Positions 10,924-23,775 are shown, counted from the first letter of the stretch. The stretch: 64,000 nucleotides of DNA from an uncultured Gemmatimonadales bacterium (GCA_963798085.1 CAWCRS010000005.1:384001-448000), one strand, 5' to 3'. Program-made: numbers and translations. Notes: generated from the sequence alone by a model not told the origin.

Positions 10924-13156
10924 TCAGGCGTCGCTGTCCGTGTCCGTGTCGGCTTCCGGTTCCACACTCTCGGTCACGTGCTCCTTGCGCTCCACCGATA
11001 ACACGCCGTTCACACGGCGCACCGACTTGATCACCTTCTTCAGGTGCGCCAGGTCCTGCACCTCCACCACGAACGCGCCGTTCATACCCCCTTCCACCGC
11101 CCGCATCTCCGCCGACTGAATGTCGGTGCCCGTACCGGTGATGGCGCTGGCCACGTCGGACAGCAGGCCGCGGCGGTCATTGCCCTCCACGACCAGCCGC
11201 ACCATGAAGCGCGCGTCCTCCTCTGCCGCCCAGTCGATCTCGACCCGCCGCTCCGGATGCGACGACAGGTTGAGGACGTTGGGGCAGTCGTTGCGGTGGA
11301 TCGAGATGCCTCGCCCGCGTGTGATGTAGCCGATCACCGCATCGCCCGGCACCGGCTGACAGCACTGCGAGTAGCGCACCATCATGTTGTCGACGCCCTG
11401 GATGCGCACGCCCTTGCCGGCGCCGCGCACGCGGTTGACCAGGCGTTCCAGTGCCGTGGGCGGGCGCACGGGCGCCACCGGATCGCCCGGGAACAGCTGC
11501 GACAGGATGGCGGCCGGACCCAGGTCGCCGCGGCCCAGCGCGATGTGCACCTGCTCGAAGTTCGAGTAGCCCAGCGCTTCGGCCGTGTGCTGCAGCGCCT
11601 CATCCGTGGGCCGGCCCTTGCGTGCCTTGCGCAGTTCCCGCTCGAACAGCTCGCGACCCAGCCCGATCGCCGCCGCCGACTCCTCCTGCTTGATCCACTG
11701 CCGGATCTTCTGCCTCGCCCTCGCCGTCTTCACGAACGCCAGCCAGTCGCGCGACGGCTTCTGCCGCGGGTCCGTCGACACTTCCACCGTGTCGCCGTTC
11801 TTCAGCTCGCGCGAGAGTGGCGATAACCGCCCGTTAATGCGCGCGCCCGAACAGTGGTAGCCCACCTCGGTGTGCACGGCGAACGCGAAATCGATGGGTG
11901 TCGCACCCTTGGGCAGCTGCTTCACATCGCCGCGCGGCGTGAAGACGAAGATCTCGTCGTGGAAGAGGTCGATGCGGAGGAACTCCATGAATTCCTCCGG
12001 CTCGCGCGTCTCCTGCTGCCACTCGAGCACCTGGCGGAACCAGGTCAGCCGCTCGTCCACCAGATCGCCCGTGCGGTGCTTCTCGCCCTCCTTGTAGCGC
12101 CAGTGCGCCGCGATACCATATTCGGCCGTGCGGTGCATCTCGTGCGTGCGGATCTGGATCTCGTACAGCCGGCCGCCCGGCCCGAAGATGGTCGTGTGCA
12201 GCGAGCGGTACAGATTTGACTTGGGTGTGGCAATGTAGTCGTGGAAGCGCTCCTGCAGCGGCGTCCACTTGTTGTGGATCACACCCAGCGCGTGGTAGCA
12301 GTTGCCCACGTTGTCCGTCACCACGCGGATGGCCATGAGGTCGTAGATCTCCTCGTACGGCTTGCCCCGCTTGAGGATCTTGCGGTGGATCGACCACAGG
12401 TGCTTGGGCCGGCCGTATACTTCGCAGGGAATGCCGGACTTGCGCAGCTCTTCCTCGAGCGGCCCGCGCAGCGCCTCGATCATGGCTTCGCGTTCCTGCC
12501 GCTTCTCCGCGATCTTCTCCGCCAGGTCGCGGTACGCATCCGACTCCAGATGCTTGAACGCCAGGTCTTCCAGCTCCCAGCGCAGCTGCGCCATGCCCAG
12601 ACGGTGCGCGAGCGGTGCGTAGATCTCGCGCGTCTCCAGCGCAATGCGCCGCCGCTTCTCCGGCCGCAGGTGCTCGAGCGTACGCATGTTGTGCAGCCGG
12701 TCCGCCAGCTTGATCACGATGACGCGCGCGTCCTGCGCCATCGACAGCAGCAGCTTGCGGTAGTTCTCGACCTGCTGCTCCGTGCTCGAGCGGAACTGCA
12801 CCTTGCCGATCTTGGTGACACCATCGACGATGCGCGCAACCTCGGGTCCGAACTCCGCTGCCACCGTCTCCAGCGTGACACCGGTGTCTTCGACGACATC
12901 GTGGATGAGCGCGGCGGCAATGGAAACGGCATTCGAGGTGCAGTTCGGCGAGAATGCGGGCCACCTCGACGAGGTGTACGGTGAATTCTTCGCCTGAGGC
13001 GCGTTTCTGTCCCTTATGTGCCCGCGCGCCGAACTCGTACGCGTGCGCAATCAGACCGAGGTCGAGCCGGTCCGCGTGCGGCTCCAGCGCATCCCGCAAT
13101 TTGGCGGGCAGTGCGGCCAGTGCGCTTCCGGGTGCTTTCGTCTCGGTCGTTGCCAT
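10924..13156 (-). CDS. spoT: Bifunctional (p)ppGpp synthetase/hydrolase, RelA/SpoT family (frameshift near 12935)
   Basis: [34 protein letters not shown], plus TGS and ACT domains. Confidence 0.93.
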
Positions 13157-13158
13157 GG

Positions 13159-13896
13159 TCAGTTGCGCGGCAGCAGGCCCGCCTCCACGAATGACAGGTA
13201 GCAGCCGTCGCCGATGATGACGTGATCCAGCACGGGAATGCCCAGTGTGCGGCCCGCTTCGACCAGCTGTTGCGTGACATCACGATCCATCGGTGAGGGA
13301 GCCGGGTCGCCCGATGGATGATTGTGCACCAGGATGACGCAGGAGGCGCTTTCCAGCACGGCCCCGCGGAAGACTTCGCGCGGGTGCACGACGGCGCTGT
13401 CCAGCGTGCCACGCGTCACCACCACTTCGCGCGTCACCGCGTGGTGCGTGTTGAGCATGAGCACGCGGAACTCCTCCTGCACCTGATCGCGCAGATAGGG
13501 CGCACAGCGATCGTACACATCGCGCGCACCGGTGATGCGGCCGCGCACCTCCGGCTCTTCACGGGCCAGGCGACGACCCAGTTCCACCGCCGCCACGATC
13601 CTCGCCGCCACCGCAGGGCCCACGCCCGGCACGCGCTCCAGCTCGCTCAGCTGCGCCGCGCCCAGCCGGCGCAATGAGCCTTCGCCCCGGCGCAGCAGCT
13701 CACCCGCCACTTCCACGGCCGACTGCTCGCTCGTGCCGCTGCCGATCAGGATGGCGAGCAGCTCGCGGGTGGACAGGGCCGCGGGGCCGGCGCCGCTCAG
13801 CCGCTCGCGCGGACGCTCGCCAGCCGGCCATTCCCTGATGGCATAACGGCGCTCGCGCGCCGTTGCCTGTGCCACCATCCTCCCGGCCCCTGCCAT
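13159..13896 (-). CDS. radC: RadC / UPF0758 JAB-domain protein
   Basis: ERPRERL, helix-hairpin-helix, VHPREVF, HNHPSGDP, LDHVIIG. Confidence 0.93.
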   Translation of the reverse strand: MAGAGRMVAQATARERRYAIREWPAGERPRERLSGAGPAALSTRELLAILIGSGTSEQSAVEVAGELLRRGEGSLRRLGAAQLSELERVPGVGPAVAARIVAAVELGRRLAREEPEVRGRITGARDVYDRCAPYLRDQVQEEFRVLMLNTHHAVTREVVVTRGTLDSAVVHPREVFRGAVLESASCVILVHNHPSGDPAPSPMDRDVTQQLVEAGRTLGIPVLDHVIIGDGCYLSFVEAGLLPRN

Positions 13897-13966
13897 GGCT
13901 CTCTCTCCCGCGTGTGCCGCACGCCGGCGCCACACGCCGCTTCATCCTGACACGCTGTTAGAAGGC

Positions 13967-16900
13967 TCACGCCTCCATCGCGCCGTGACACTTCTTGTAC
14001 TTCCTGCCCGAGCCGCACGGACACGGATCATTGCGACCCACCTTCTGCTCCCCCTTCGCCGGCGAGGCCTTGGGAGCGCCGCCATTCTCATCGCGATTGG
14101 TGTGCAGCCGGCGCACATCCGGACCCGGAGGCAGCGGCGGCGACGCATGGCGCACGGGTCCGGCCAGCCGCTGGCTGCCGGCAAAAGCCGCGGCCAGTGG
14201 ATCATCTGCTTCCGGCTCCCGCGGCGGCGGCGGCGCCGCCGCTGCACCGTCGGGTCCGCCCGGGCCCGAGAGAATGAGCCGGCGCGGCATGCCCAGGGGT
14301 GGCGGCGGCGGCCGCTGCACCGACAACTGCATACGGAACGTCATCGTGGCGATCGATTTGCGCAGATCGGCCATCAGATCGACGAACATCGAATAGGCTT
14401 CCTGCTTGTATTCGATGAGCGGATCCTTCTGCCCCCAGCCGCGGAATCCGATCGACGCCTTCAGGTGGTCCAGGTCGTAGAGGTGATCGCGCCACTTCTG
14501 GTCGATCACGTTGAGCAGAATGAAGGAGAGCACACCCTCGGTATGTTCGCCGAACGTGGTCAGCTTGCGGCGATACGCTTCGTGCACCTTGTCGACGGCG
14601 AACGTCTCCAGCTCGTGCAGGTCGGCGAACGGCGGTTCCGCCTCTTCGTCGTTCTCCATGGGCAGCTCGGCCACCGCCAGGAAATAATCGAGCTGCAGCC
14701 GGTTGCGCAGGCCGGCCAGGTCCCAGCGGCTGGGCCGTTCATCCGCGGGCGCGAACTCGGCCACACTGGCGCGCACCGTGTGCTCGACGTTCTCCCACAC
14801 CTCGCCCTTGAGGTCCTCGCCGCCTTCCAGCGCGAACAGCCTGCGGTCGTAGATCACCTCACGCTGCTGGTTCATCACGTCGTCGTATTCCAGCAACCGT
14901 TTGCGGGCTTCGAAGTTCTGCGTCTCGACGCGCTTCTGCGCACTGGAAATGGAGCGCGTCACCAGTGCGTGCGTGATGACTTCGCCTTCCTGTGCGCCCA
15001 GCTTCTCCATGATCCCGGCGACCCGTTCCGAATTGAACAGGCGCATGAGATCGTCTTCCAGCGACAGGAAGAACTGCGTGGCGCCGGGGTCGCCCTGCCG
15101 GCCTGCGCGGCCGCGCAGCTGCCGGTCAATGCGCCGCGACTCGTGCCGCTCCGAGCCAATGATGTGCAGGCCGCCGACCTCGACTTCCGTCTCGGTCCGG
15201 ATCGAATCGACCTCGACCGTGCGCCCGGGATCCGGCGATGTGGCAACGCCCGCGGCCTCCACCTCGTGCGCGTCCAGCCACGCGCCATCGCGTGAGGCCG
15301 TCACCCCAACACCGAGTTTGATGTCGGTGCCGCGGCCCGCCATGTTGGTGGCGATCGTGACCGCGCCCGGCAGGCCGGCGCCGGCCACGATCTCGGCTTC
15401 CTGCTTGTGGTACTTCGCGTTCAGCACGTTGTGCGGGATGCCCCGCCGCTTGAGCATGCGCGACAGGGTTTCCGACACATCCACCGAGACCGTGCCCACC
15501 AGCACCGGCAGCTGCATGCGGTTCAGCCGCTCGATCTCGTCCATGATGGAGTTGTACTTCTCGCGCTTGGTGCGGTACACCAGGTCATGGCGGTCATCGC
15601 GGATCACCGGCCTGTTGGTCGGGATGACCGTTACTTCCAGGCCGTAGATCTGGTGGAACTCCGACTCTTCCGTCTCCGCCGTGCCCGTCATGCCGGACAG
15701 CTTGTCATACATGCGGAAGTAGTTCTGGATGGTGATCGTCGCCAGCGTCTGCGTCTCGCCGCGCACGCTCACGCCTTCCTTCGCTTCCACCGCCTGGTGC
15801 AGTCCGTCGGACCAGCGCCGGCCCGTCATCTTGCGGCCCGTGAACTCGTCGACAATGATGACCTGACCATCCTCGACGATGTACTGCTCGTCCCGGCCGT
15901 AGAGCGTGTACGCCTTCAGCAGCTGGTGAATGGCGTGCATCCGCTGGCTCTTTTCGGCGTACTCGCGCTCCAGCCCGGCAATGCGCTCCAGCTTGGTTTC
16001 GGCGGACAGATCGGGATCGCGTTCGATGGTGCCCACGGCCTCCGACAGGTCGGGCACCACGAACGCCTGCGTGTCCGACGGTGACAGCTCGTCGTAGCCC
16101 TTGTCCGAAAGGTGGATGCTGTGCCCCTTCTCATCCATGGCGAAGAACAGCATCTCATCCACTTCGTGCAGCCGCTTCTCGCGCATGAAGTCGGCTTCCG
16201 ACTTCTGCACCAGCTTCTGCAGTGCCGGCTCGTCCGCGAACATCTTGAGCAGCCGCTTGTTCCGGGGCGCCCCTCGCTTCGCCGCTAACAGCCGTGTTCC
16301 GGCTTCGTCCTGCTGACTCTGCTGCAGCTGGCGCTCGGCCTCCGCGATCAGCTCGTTCACGATGCGGGTCTGCTTGCGGTACAGCGAATCCACCGACGGA
16401 TTGTAGCGACGATACTCGTCCGCCTGCTCCTCGCCTACCGGCCCGCTGATGATCAGCGGCGTGCGCGCCTCGTCGATGAGGATGGAGTCGACCTCGTCGA
16501 TGATCGCGTAGTAGTGCCCCCGCTGCACCCGCTGATCCAGCTGGTGCACCATGTTGTCACGCAGGTAATCGAACCCGAACTCGTTGTTGGTGCCGTACGT
16601 GATGTCGGCGTTGTAGGCCTCGCGCCGCTCCGGCGTGCCCGGCTCGTGCAGATCGATGCAGCCGACGGTCAGACCGAGATAGCGGTAGATGGTGCCCATC
16701 CACTCGCTGTCGCGCTGCGCCAGGTAGTTGTTCACCGTCACCAGGTGCGCGCCCCGCCGCGCCAGCGCGTTGAGATACAGCGGCATGGTGGCCACCAGCG
16801 TCTTGCCTTCGCCCGTGGCCATTTCCGCGACCTTGCCCTGGTGCAGCGCGATGCCGCCGATCAGCTGTACATCGTACGGCACCATGTCCCACTTCATGTT

Positions 16901-17293
16901 GAGACCAGTGACGATGATGTCGTGGCCCATCAGCCGGCGGCACGCCTCCTTCACCGTGGCGAAGGCCTCGGGCAGGATCTCGTCGAGCACATCTTCAATG
17001 GCTTCTTTGAGCGTATCCTCCGCACTCCGGATCTCGACTGTCAGCTGCTCGCGCTCGGCCGCGTCTTCCGTGTGGCGCTTCTGATCGCGCAGCCGCGCCA
17101 CGTCCGCTTCCAGCTCGCCAATGCGCTCATGGATGATGCCACGCAGTTTTTCCGTCTGACCGCGCAGCTCCTCCTCCGGCACCGAGGCCAGCTGATCGGC
17201 GATTTCGTTGATCTGGTCCACCAGCGGCGTGAGCTTCCTGACTTCACGCGCATGCCGGTCGCCAACGATCTTCGTTACCAGTGCCTTGAACAT
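13967..17293 (-). CDS. secA: Preprotein translocase ATPase SecA (long form, 1108 aa)
   Basis: MATGEGKT, DEVDSILIDEARTPLIISG, GRAGRQGDPG, C-terminal GRNDPCPCGSGRKYKKCHG. Confidence 0.98.
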   Translation of the reverse strand: MFKALVTKIVGDRHAREVRKLTPLVDQINEIADQLASVPEEELRGQTEKLRGIIHERIGELEADVARLRDQKRHTEDAAEREQLTVEIRSAEDTLKEAIEDVLDEILPEAFATVKEACRRLMGHDIIVTGLNMKWDMVPYDVQLIGGIALHQGKVAEMATGEGKTLVATMPLYLNALARRGAHLVTVNNYLAQRDSEWMGTIYRYLGLTVGCIDLHEPGTPERREAYNADITYGTNNEFGFDYLRDNMVHQLDQRVQRGHYYAIIDEVDSILIDEARTPLIISGPVGEEQADEYRRYNPSVDSLYRKQTRIVNELIAEAERQLQQSQQDEAGTRLLAAKRGAPRNKRLLKMFADEPALQKLVQKSEADFMREKRLHEVDEMLFFAMDEKGHSIHLSDKGYDELSPSDTQAFVVPDLSEAVGTIERDPDLSAETKLERIAGLEREYAEKSQRMHAIHQLLKAYTLYGRDEQYIVEDGQVIIVDEFTGRKMTGRRWSDGLHQAVEAKEGVSVRGETQTLATITIQNYFRMYDKLSGMTGTAETEESEFHQIYGLEVTVIPTNRPVIRDDRHDLVYRTKREKYNSIMDEIERLNRMQLPVLVGTVSVDVSETLSRMLKRRGIPHNVLNAKYHKQEAEIVAGAGLPGAVTIATNMAGRGTDIKLGVGVTASRDGAWLDAHEVEAAGVATSPDPGRTVEVDSIRTETEVEVGGLHIIGSERHESRRIDRQLRGRAGRQGDPGATQFFLSLEDDLMRLFNSERVAGIMEKLGAQEGEVITHALVTRSISSAQKRVETQNFEARKRLLEYDDVMNQQREVIYDRRLFALEGGEDLKGEVWENVEHTVRASVAEFAPADERPSRWDLAGLRNRLQLDYFLAVAELPMENDEEAEPPFADLHELETFAVDKVHEAYRRKLTTFGEHTEGVLSFILLNVIDQKWRDHLYDLDHLKASIGFRGWGQKDPLIEYKQEAYSMFVDLMADLRKSIATMTFRMQLSVQRPPPPPLGMPRRLILSGPGGPDGAAAAPPPPREPEADDPLAAAFAGSQRLAGPVRHASPPLPPGPDVRRLHTNRDENGGAPKASPAKGEQKVGRNDPCPCGSGRKYKKCHGAMEA

Positions 17294-17472
17294 GATTCCC
17301 GTGTCATTGGGTGGAGACGTGGATGGGCCCGCTCATGTCGCGCAGCCCGGCGCGCGGAACCCCTCTTCGCCCGCGCCCGGCACCTCGTCCGGCCCGCTCT
17401 CGCCTCGATCTGCGGTCCTACCCCGCGGTCCGTGGCCCGGTCCGGGCTGCGGGCGACGTTTTTCCGCTTCCG

Positions 17473-18048
17473 TCAGCGCGTTTCTGGAGCGCTGCGGTAC
17501 AGTCGGTGTCGCTCGATGCACTGCACTACCGGGTCGGGAACCAGGTAGCGGATCGATTCACCGGTGTGCACGCGGCGGCGGATCTCCGTGCCCGATACAT
17601 CGACGCGCGTGACCGCCACGGTCGTGACACCTGCCACAGTGCTGGAGCCCGCCCGTTCCAGCACCACCAGCGTCGACAGCCGCCGGATCTCATCCGGCTC
17701 GTGCCATTTCGGGAAATCCGTGAACTGATCCGCGCCCAGCAGCAGGTACAACGCAGCGTCGGGATGGCGCTCACGGTATGTGCGCAGCGTGTCGACCGTG
17801 TAGGAGGGGCCGGCGCGCACGATCTCCAGCTCGTCAACCTCGAACGACGCGTTACCAGCCACGGCGGCACGCACCATCTCCAGCCGCGCGGCAACCGGTG
17901 AAAGCCCCGCCACCCGCTTGTGCGGTGGCGTGCCCGCCGGAATGAACAGTACGCGGTCGAGCTTCAGCGCGAGCTGTGCGTCCTGGGCAGCAATGAGGTG
18001 TCCGATGTGCGGGGGATCAAAGGTGCCCCCGAAGAGGCCCAGCCTCAC
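17473..18048 (-). CDS. nadD: Nicotinate-nucleotide adenylyltransferase
   Basis: GGTFDPPHIGH, PSYTVDTL, LLGADQ, VSGTEIR. GTG start overlaps the bamD stop. Confidence 0.95.
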   Translation of the reverse strand: MRLGLFGGTFDPPHIGHLIAAQDAQLALKLDRVLFIPAGTPPHKRVAGLSPVAARLEMVRAAVAGNASFEVDELEIVRAGPSYTVDTLRTYRERHPDAALYLLLGADQFTDFPKWHEPDEIRRLSTLVVLERAGSSTVAGVTTVAVTRVDVSGTEIRRRVHTGESIRYLVPDPVVQCIERHRLYRSAPETR

Positions 18049-18779
18049 GGAGCCGAGGCGATCGACGCTTCCTTGACCTGCTGCGCCTCCTTGCTGTCGG
18101 GATACTCCTTCAGCAGGCGCTCGCGGGTCTGGGTCGCCTCCTCCGCGTAGCCGATCTTCGTGTAGGACTCGTACAGGCGCAGCAGGGCCCTGGGTGTGGC
18201 TTCCGCGCCCGGATAGTTGTCCAGCAGTTCCTGGAAGTAGATGATGGCGCAGTCCGGGCAACCGCGGCGGAAATAGAAGTCGCCATTCAGGTAGACCTTC
18301 TCCGCCAGCCGGTTCTCCAGCTCGGTGACCATGGTCTTGGCGCGCGCCGCGAACTCGCTCTCCGGATAGGCCGCAGCCATCCCCCGGCATTCCTCGATCG
18401 CCGTGCGTGTGTACTGCTGATCCAGTTCCGGCTTGGGCGACAGCTGGTAGTACGAGTCGCAGACCCCGAAGCGCGCGTCGTCGCCATAATCACCAGTCGG
18501 AAAATCATTGGCCAGACGCGCAAATTCCGAAGCGGCGGTCAGGAACTCCCGCTTACCCGTATAGACCTGCGCCAGACGATAGCGCGCTTCCTGATAGCGC
18601 GCGTGCGTCGGGAACTGCAGCACGAACTGCTCGAGCGCACGCGAAGCCTCGTCCCACTTGTGTGCAGTGGCCTTGTCGATGCCGTACTTGAGCAGAGCAT
18701 CGGCCTCCATCTGCGCTAGCCGTGGCCCGCTCGATGCGCAACCCGCCAGCAGCAGCAGGACCAGCGCGAGCCGCTTCAT
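18045..18779 (-). CDS. bamD: Outer membrane protein assembly factor BamD
   Basis: Lipobox LAGC, TPR repeats, LDQQYTRTAI and RLAEK motifs. Confidence 0.88.
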   Translation of the reverse strand: MKRLALVLLLLAGCASSGPRLAQMEADALLKYGIDKATAHKWDEASRALEQFVLQFPTHARYQEARYRLAQVYTGKREFLTAASEFARLANDFPTGDYGDDARFGVCDSYYQLSPKPELDQQYTRTAIEECRGMAAAYPESEFAARAKTMVTELENRLAEKVYLNGDFYFRRGCPDCAIIYFQELLDNYPGAEATPRALLRLYESYTKIGYAEEATQTRERLLKEYPDSKEAQQVKEASIASAP

Positions 18780-18885
18780 ACGTGTTGATTCACCTCTTCA
18801 GAAGCCATGGGAACAGCGGTCTGCTTACCCGGCCCCGTCCGGCCGGGTTTCAAGATCCGGCCAGCGCGGGCGCAGTGCCATGGCA

Positions 18886-19795
18886 TCAGCGGCCACCAGA
18901 GCGGCCGAAGCGCAGCTCGTCGATGCGGCGGCGCGCCCGGTCCACAATCTGGCCCGAACTCGCCTTGTTCAGTTCCAGTACCATGAGGTAGGCAAACATC
19001 GCGTCATCCCGCCGCCCCAGTTCCAGCAGGATCTCACCCTTCTCGAACCACGCTTCGTCCAGCAGGTTCTTGGGCACACCCAGATCGAGCAACGCATTCA
19101 GGTGGGCCAGCGCCTGGTCCGTGTCGCCGTCCTGGTGCTCCCTGCGCGCCAGCGTGAACGCGCAGTTGCCAATGTGCCAGTCGGCGTCTCCGGCCTGCGG
19201 ATCGGCGGGCGCTCGCTGCCGGAAGGCGCGGAAGAAACCGATCGCTTCCGCGCAGTTCCCCTGCGCTTCATGCACCTGCGCAATCTCGAACAGCAGCTTC
19301 GGGATGCTGTCCTTCGGCGACGACGTCAGCGCCCGCTCGTAGTAGTCGAGCGCCTTCGCCGGGTCACCCGTGCTCGCGTAATACCTCGCCAGCGGCACGG
19401 CGAAGTCATCGAGTGGCAGGCCCGGCCGCAGCGCCAGCGCCGCATTGACCGCGCTCGCCAGACCATACCGGTCGGCGCGGTCCCTCGCCCGCATCGCGAC
19501 AGTCACATAGTCGAAGATCGCCTGGTCCGTGTACGCCGGCGTCTTCTGCGATGAGCGTGTCGTACAGCTCGCGCGCCCGCTCGAACTGCCCGGTCTCAAT
19601 GTAGGCGTGCGCCACGCGTACCAGCGTCGGCGCGTCGCGACCCTGACGCAGTGCCAGCCGATACTCGGCCAGCGCCGACGTGTAGTTGGAGTCCGCCCAG
19701 AAATGGTCGCCGCGGGCGAGCGCGGGCTCGGCGGTGCCGCTGCACGCCGCCGCGAGCAGCGCGCACAAAACGAGAATGCCGTACGGGGGACGCAT
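18886..19795 (-). CDS. TPR-repeat lipoprotein (frameshift near 19555)
   Basis: LAAACSG lipobox and TPR-like helices spread over two frames. Confidence 0.7.
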
Positions 19796-19814
19796 CCTCA
19801 CCCGGCGCGCACCC

Positions 19815-20567
19815 TCACGCTGACGACGCGTCCAGCAGCGCCAGATATGCGGCCACCTGTGCGTTCTCCGCGTCCTGCGCACGACACTCCTCCCATTCGC
19901 GCCTGGCTCCGGACCGGTCGCCCTGGCGGTACAGTGCCAGACCGAGATTCAGCCGGGCCGGCACGAAGCGCGGGTTCCCGGCCAGCGCCATGCTCAACTG
20001 CTCGACCGCACCGGCCAGGTCTCCCACCTGTAGCAGGGATTGCGCCAGCTTGTTCCGGATGTCGTGGAAGCGCGGACGCAGCTCGAGTGCCCGGCGGAAC
20101 TGCGCTGCGGCTTCCAGTGGCGCGCCCGCTTCCACGTAGAGGTCACCCACCTGCGCGTGCGCGTGCGCAAGCCGTGCGGTGATGGCCGCCGGGAAGCGGC
20201 CGGCGACGGCGTACTCGTAATAACCCGCGCGTTCGAAGGCCTGCGCTGCTTCCTCGAAGCGACCCAGCTCGTTCAGCATGAGCGCGCGATTCAGGTGCGC
20301 CTCCACGTACTGGTCGTTGAGCGCCAGCGCTCGATCGAACTCCACCAGCGCCTGCTCCGCCTGTCCCAGAAAACTCAGACAGAGGCCGCACAGGTGGCGG
20401 ATATCCGCAAACTCCGGGTTACTCTCGAGCACACTGCGGAAGTCGGCGAGCGCGGATGTGTAGTCCTTGCGCTCGAAGGCTCGCCGCCCGCGCTCAATGA
20501 TCTCGCGCTGCCTGGTGTCCAGGTGTCGCGAGCCGGAGCGATGGAGCCGCAGCTCGTTACTCGCCAT
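19815..20567 (-). CDS. TPR-repeat protein
   Basis: Multiple TPRs (ALALNDQYVEAHLNRA, ALELRPRFHDIRNKLA); start overlaps the ugd stop. Confidence 0.85.
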   Translation of the reverse strand: MASNELRLHRSGSRHLDTRQREIIERGRRAFERKDYTSALADFRSVLESNPEFADIRHLCGLCLSFLGQAEQALVEFDRALALNDQYVEAHLNRALMLNELGRFEEAAQAFERAGYYEYAVAGRFPAAITARLAHAHAQVGDLYVEAGAPLEAAAQFRRALELRPRFHDIRNKLAQSLLQVGDLAGAVEQLSMALAGNPRFVPARLNLGLALYRQGDRSGARREWEECRAQDAENAQVAAYLALLDASSA

Positions 20568-21891
20568 TATGCCTTGCCCCCGGTTGGCGGACCGGCCCGG
20601 CCAATGCCCTGATACTCGAAACCCAGCCGCGTCATCTGTGACGGCTCGAACAGGTTGCGACCGTCGTAAATGATCGGTTGCCGCATCAGCGCCTTCATGC
20701 GCCCGAAGTCCGGTGTCCGGTACTGTTTCCATTCCGTCACGATGAGCAGCGCGTCGGCGCCCGCCAGCGCGTCGTAGTTGTGCTCGGCATACGTCACGCG
20801 CTCGCCGAACACGCCGCGCGCAGCCTCCATGGCCACGGGATCGTGCACGCTGACCGTGCCGCCGCGCTGCAGCAGTCCGTTCACCACCACGATCGCGGCT
20901 GCCTCGCGCATGTCGTCCGTTTCCGGCTTGAAGCTGAGGCCCCACACCGCGAAGTGCCGCCCGCTGAGTTCTCCGCCGAAGCGGCCCTCCACGCGCTGCA
21001 CCAGCACGTGCTTCTGGCTCTCGTTGACGCGCTCCACGGCTTCCAGGATGCCCGCGTCCACGCCGTTGTCGAGCAGCGTGCGCACCAGCGCCTTCACGTC
21101 CTTGGGGAAGCAGCTGCCACCATAGCCGCAGCCCGGGAAGAGAAACGCCTGGCCGATGCGCGCATCGGTCCGATTCCCTTGCGCACCATGCTCACATCCG
21201 CGCCCACCCGCTCGCACAGTGTCGCCACCATGTTCATGAAGGAGATGCGCGTCGCAAGCATCGCGTTAGCTGCGTATTTCGTGATCTCCGCCGCCGCAAT
21301 GTCCATGAAGATCACCGGATTGCCGGTGCGCACGAAGGGTCCGTACAGCTCGGCCAGCACGTCCCGTGCGTACTCCGAGTCCACACCCACCACCACCCGA
21401 TCCGGCTTCATGAAGTCATCCACCGCGGCGCCCTCCTTGAGGAACTCCGGGTTGGAACATACATGCACCGTGTGGCGCGTGTGCTGCTCGATCGTGCGGC
21501 GCACGATGTTCGCGGTGCCCACCGGTACCGTGCTCTTCGTGATGACCACCTTTTCGCCGTTCATGCTGCGTCCGATCGTCTCGGCCACGGCTACCACGTG
21601 CTGCAGGTCGGCCGAGCCATCCTCGCCCGGTGGCGTTCCCACCGCGATGAAGATCACCGACGACTCACGTACCGCCGCCGGCACATCGGTCCCGAAGCGC
21701 AGTCGGCCGTCGCTCAGGTTGCGTTCCACGATCAGCTCGAGACCGGGCTCGTAGATCGGGATCTCGCCGCGATTGAGGCGCGCAATCTTGCCCGCATCGA
21801 TGTCGACGCAGATGACATCATTGCCGCTGTCAGCCAGACCCGCGCCTACCACCAGTCCAACGTATCCTGTGCCGATGACCGCTACGTGCAT
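20567..21891 (-). CDS. ugd: UDP-glucose 6-dehydrogenase (frameshift near 21165)
   Basis: [36 protein letters not shown]. Confidence 0.93.
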
Positions 21892-21989
21892 GTCCCTCTC
21901 CAGTACCCGTTCACCGCCAGCATCGCCCTGGCACCGTGTGCGCGCGCGCCGGCTTGTGCCCTGCTCCCCCCGTGGATAACCTTCTGCTC

Positions 21990-22956
<967 letters not shown>

Positions 22957-22962
22957 AACGCC

Positions 22963-23775
22963 TCAGCCGCGCGCGGGCTTCTCGCTGCCCAGGACGAGCG
23001 CCGGCACGGGGAGCGGCTGCTCGCCGCGCAGCAGCCGCCGCGGATTCGTACTGAGCAGCAGCTCGGCCTGCGTCGCCCCACCAGCTTCCACCAGCAGCGC
23101 GTGATAGTCGCGCACGCGTGGCCGGCCGCGTGCATGATAGTCGCTCCCCAGATAGTCCGCCCAGCCGCGCGCCAGCAGCGCGAGCGCGACCGCGCGCGGC
23201 GCCTCTCCGTATCGCCCGAGAAGAGAGCCGCCGTTCACCTGCAGTCGCGCACCGGCCGCGCGCCATTCCGCCACCACATCCAGTTCCGCATCGATGCCGC
23301 TGTAACGTTCGGGATGGCCCACGAGCGGCGTCCATCCCCGGCTCCGGATCAGGCTGAGCACGCGGTGAGAGCGGGGTGGAACCATGAAGAAGGGAAACTC
23401 GACGAGCACGAAGGGACCACCCGCGAGGCGCAGTCGCGGGTCGTTCAGATCCGGGTCCGCCGTGTCGAGTCGCAGCTCGGCGCCGCGCCGCACGGCCACG
23501 CCTGCTTCCTCTGCGCACCGCTGCAGGTTCTCCCAGCCCAGATCCAGCTCGGCCAGGCGCCCTGCCAGCCCGCCGCGCGTTTCCAGCGCCAGCTCGACGT
23601 GCGGCGTCGCCACCAGGGCACAGACGCCATCTTCCGCCATGGCCGCGAGCGCGTGACTGCTCTCGGCGCTGTCCTGCGCCCCATCATCCACTCCCGGAAT
23701 GAGATGGTTGTGCAGGTCGACGAATCCCGCTCCGCTGATCGTCCTGTTAGCTAGCCCCTGTGCTGGATCAGGCAA
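22963..23775 (-). CDS. CpsB/CapC (PHP family) tyrosine-protein phosphatase
   Basis: DLHNHLIPGVDDG, ATPH, HPERY, GSDYH. Confidence 0.9.
   Translation of the reverse strand: MPDPAQGLANRTISGAGFVDLHNHLIPGVDDGAQDSAESSHALAAMAEDGVCALVATPHVELALETRGGLAGRLAELDLGWENLQRCAEEAGVAVRRGAELRLDTADPDLNDPRLRLAGGPFVLVEFPFFMVPPRSHRVLSLIRSRGWTPLVGHPERYSGIDAELDVVAEWRAAGARLQVNGGSLLGRYGEAPRAVALALLARGWADYLGSDYHARGRPRVRDYHALLVEAGGATQAELLLSTNPRRLLRGEQPLPVPALVLGSEKPARG

Noticed and set aside
13159..13896. radC as a marker of a mobile element
   Set aside because: This is the full-length chromosomal type, embedded between secA and spoT with no integrase or att sites nearby.
21971..21980. DnaA-box-like TTATCCACG in the ugd/decarboxylase divergent spacer
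   Set aside because: It is a single imperfect box with no cluster or AT-rich unwinding element, so it is likely chance.
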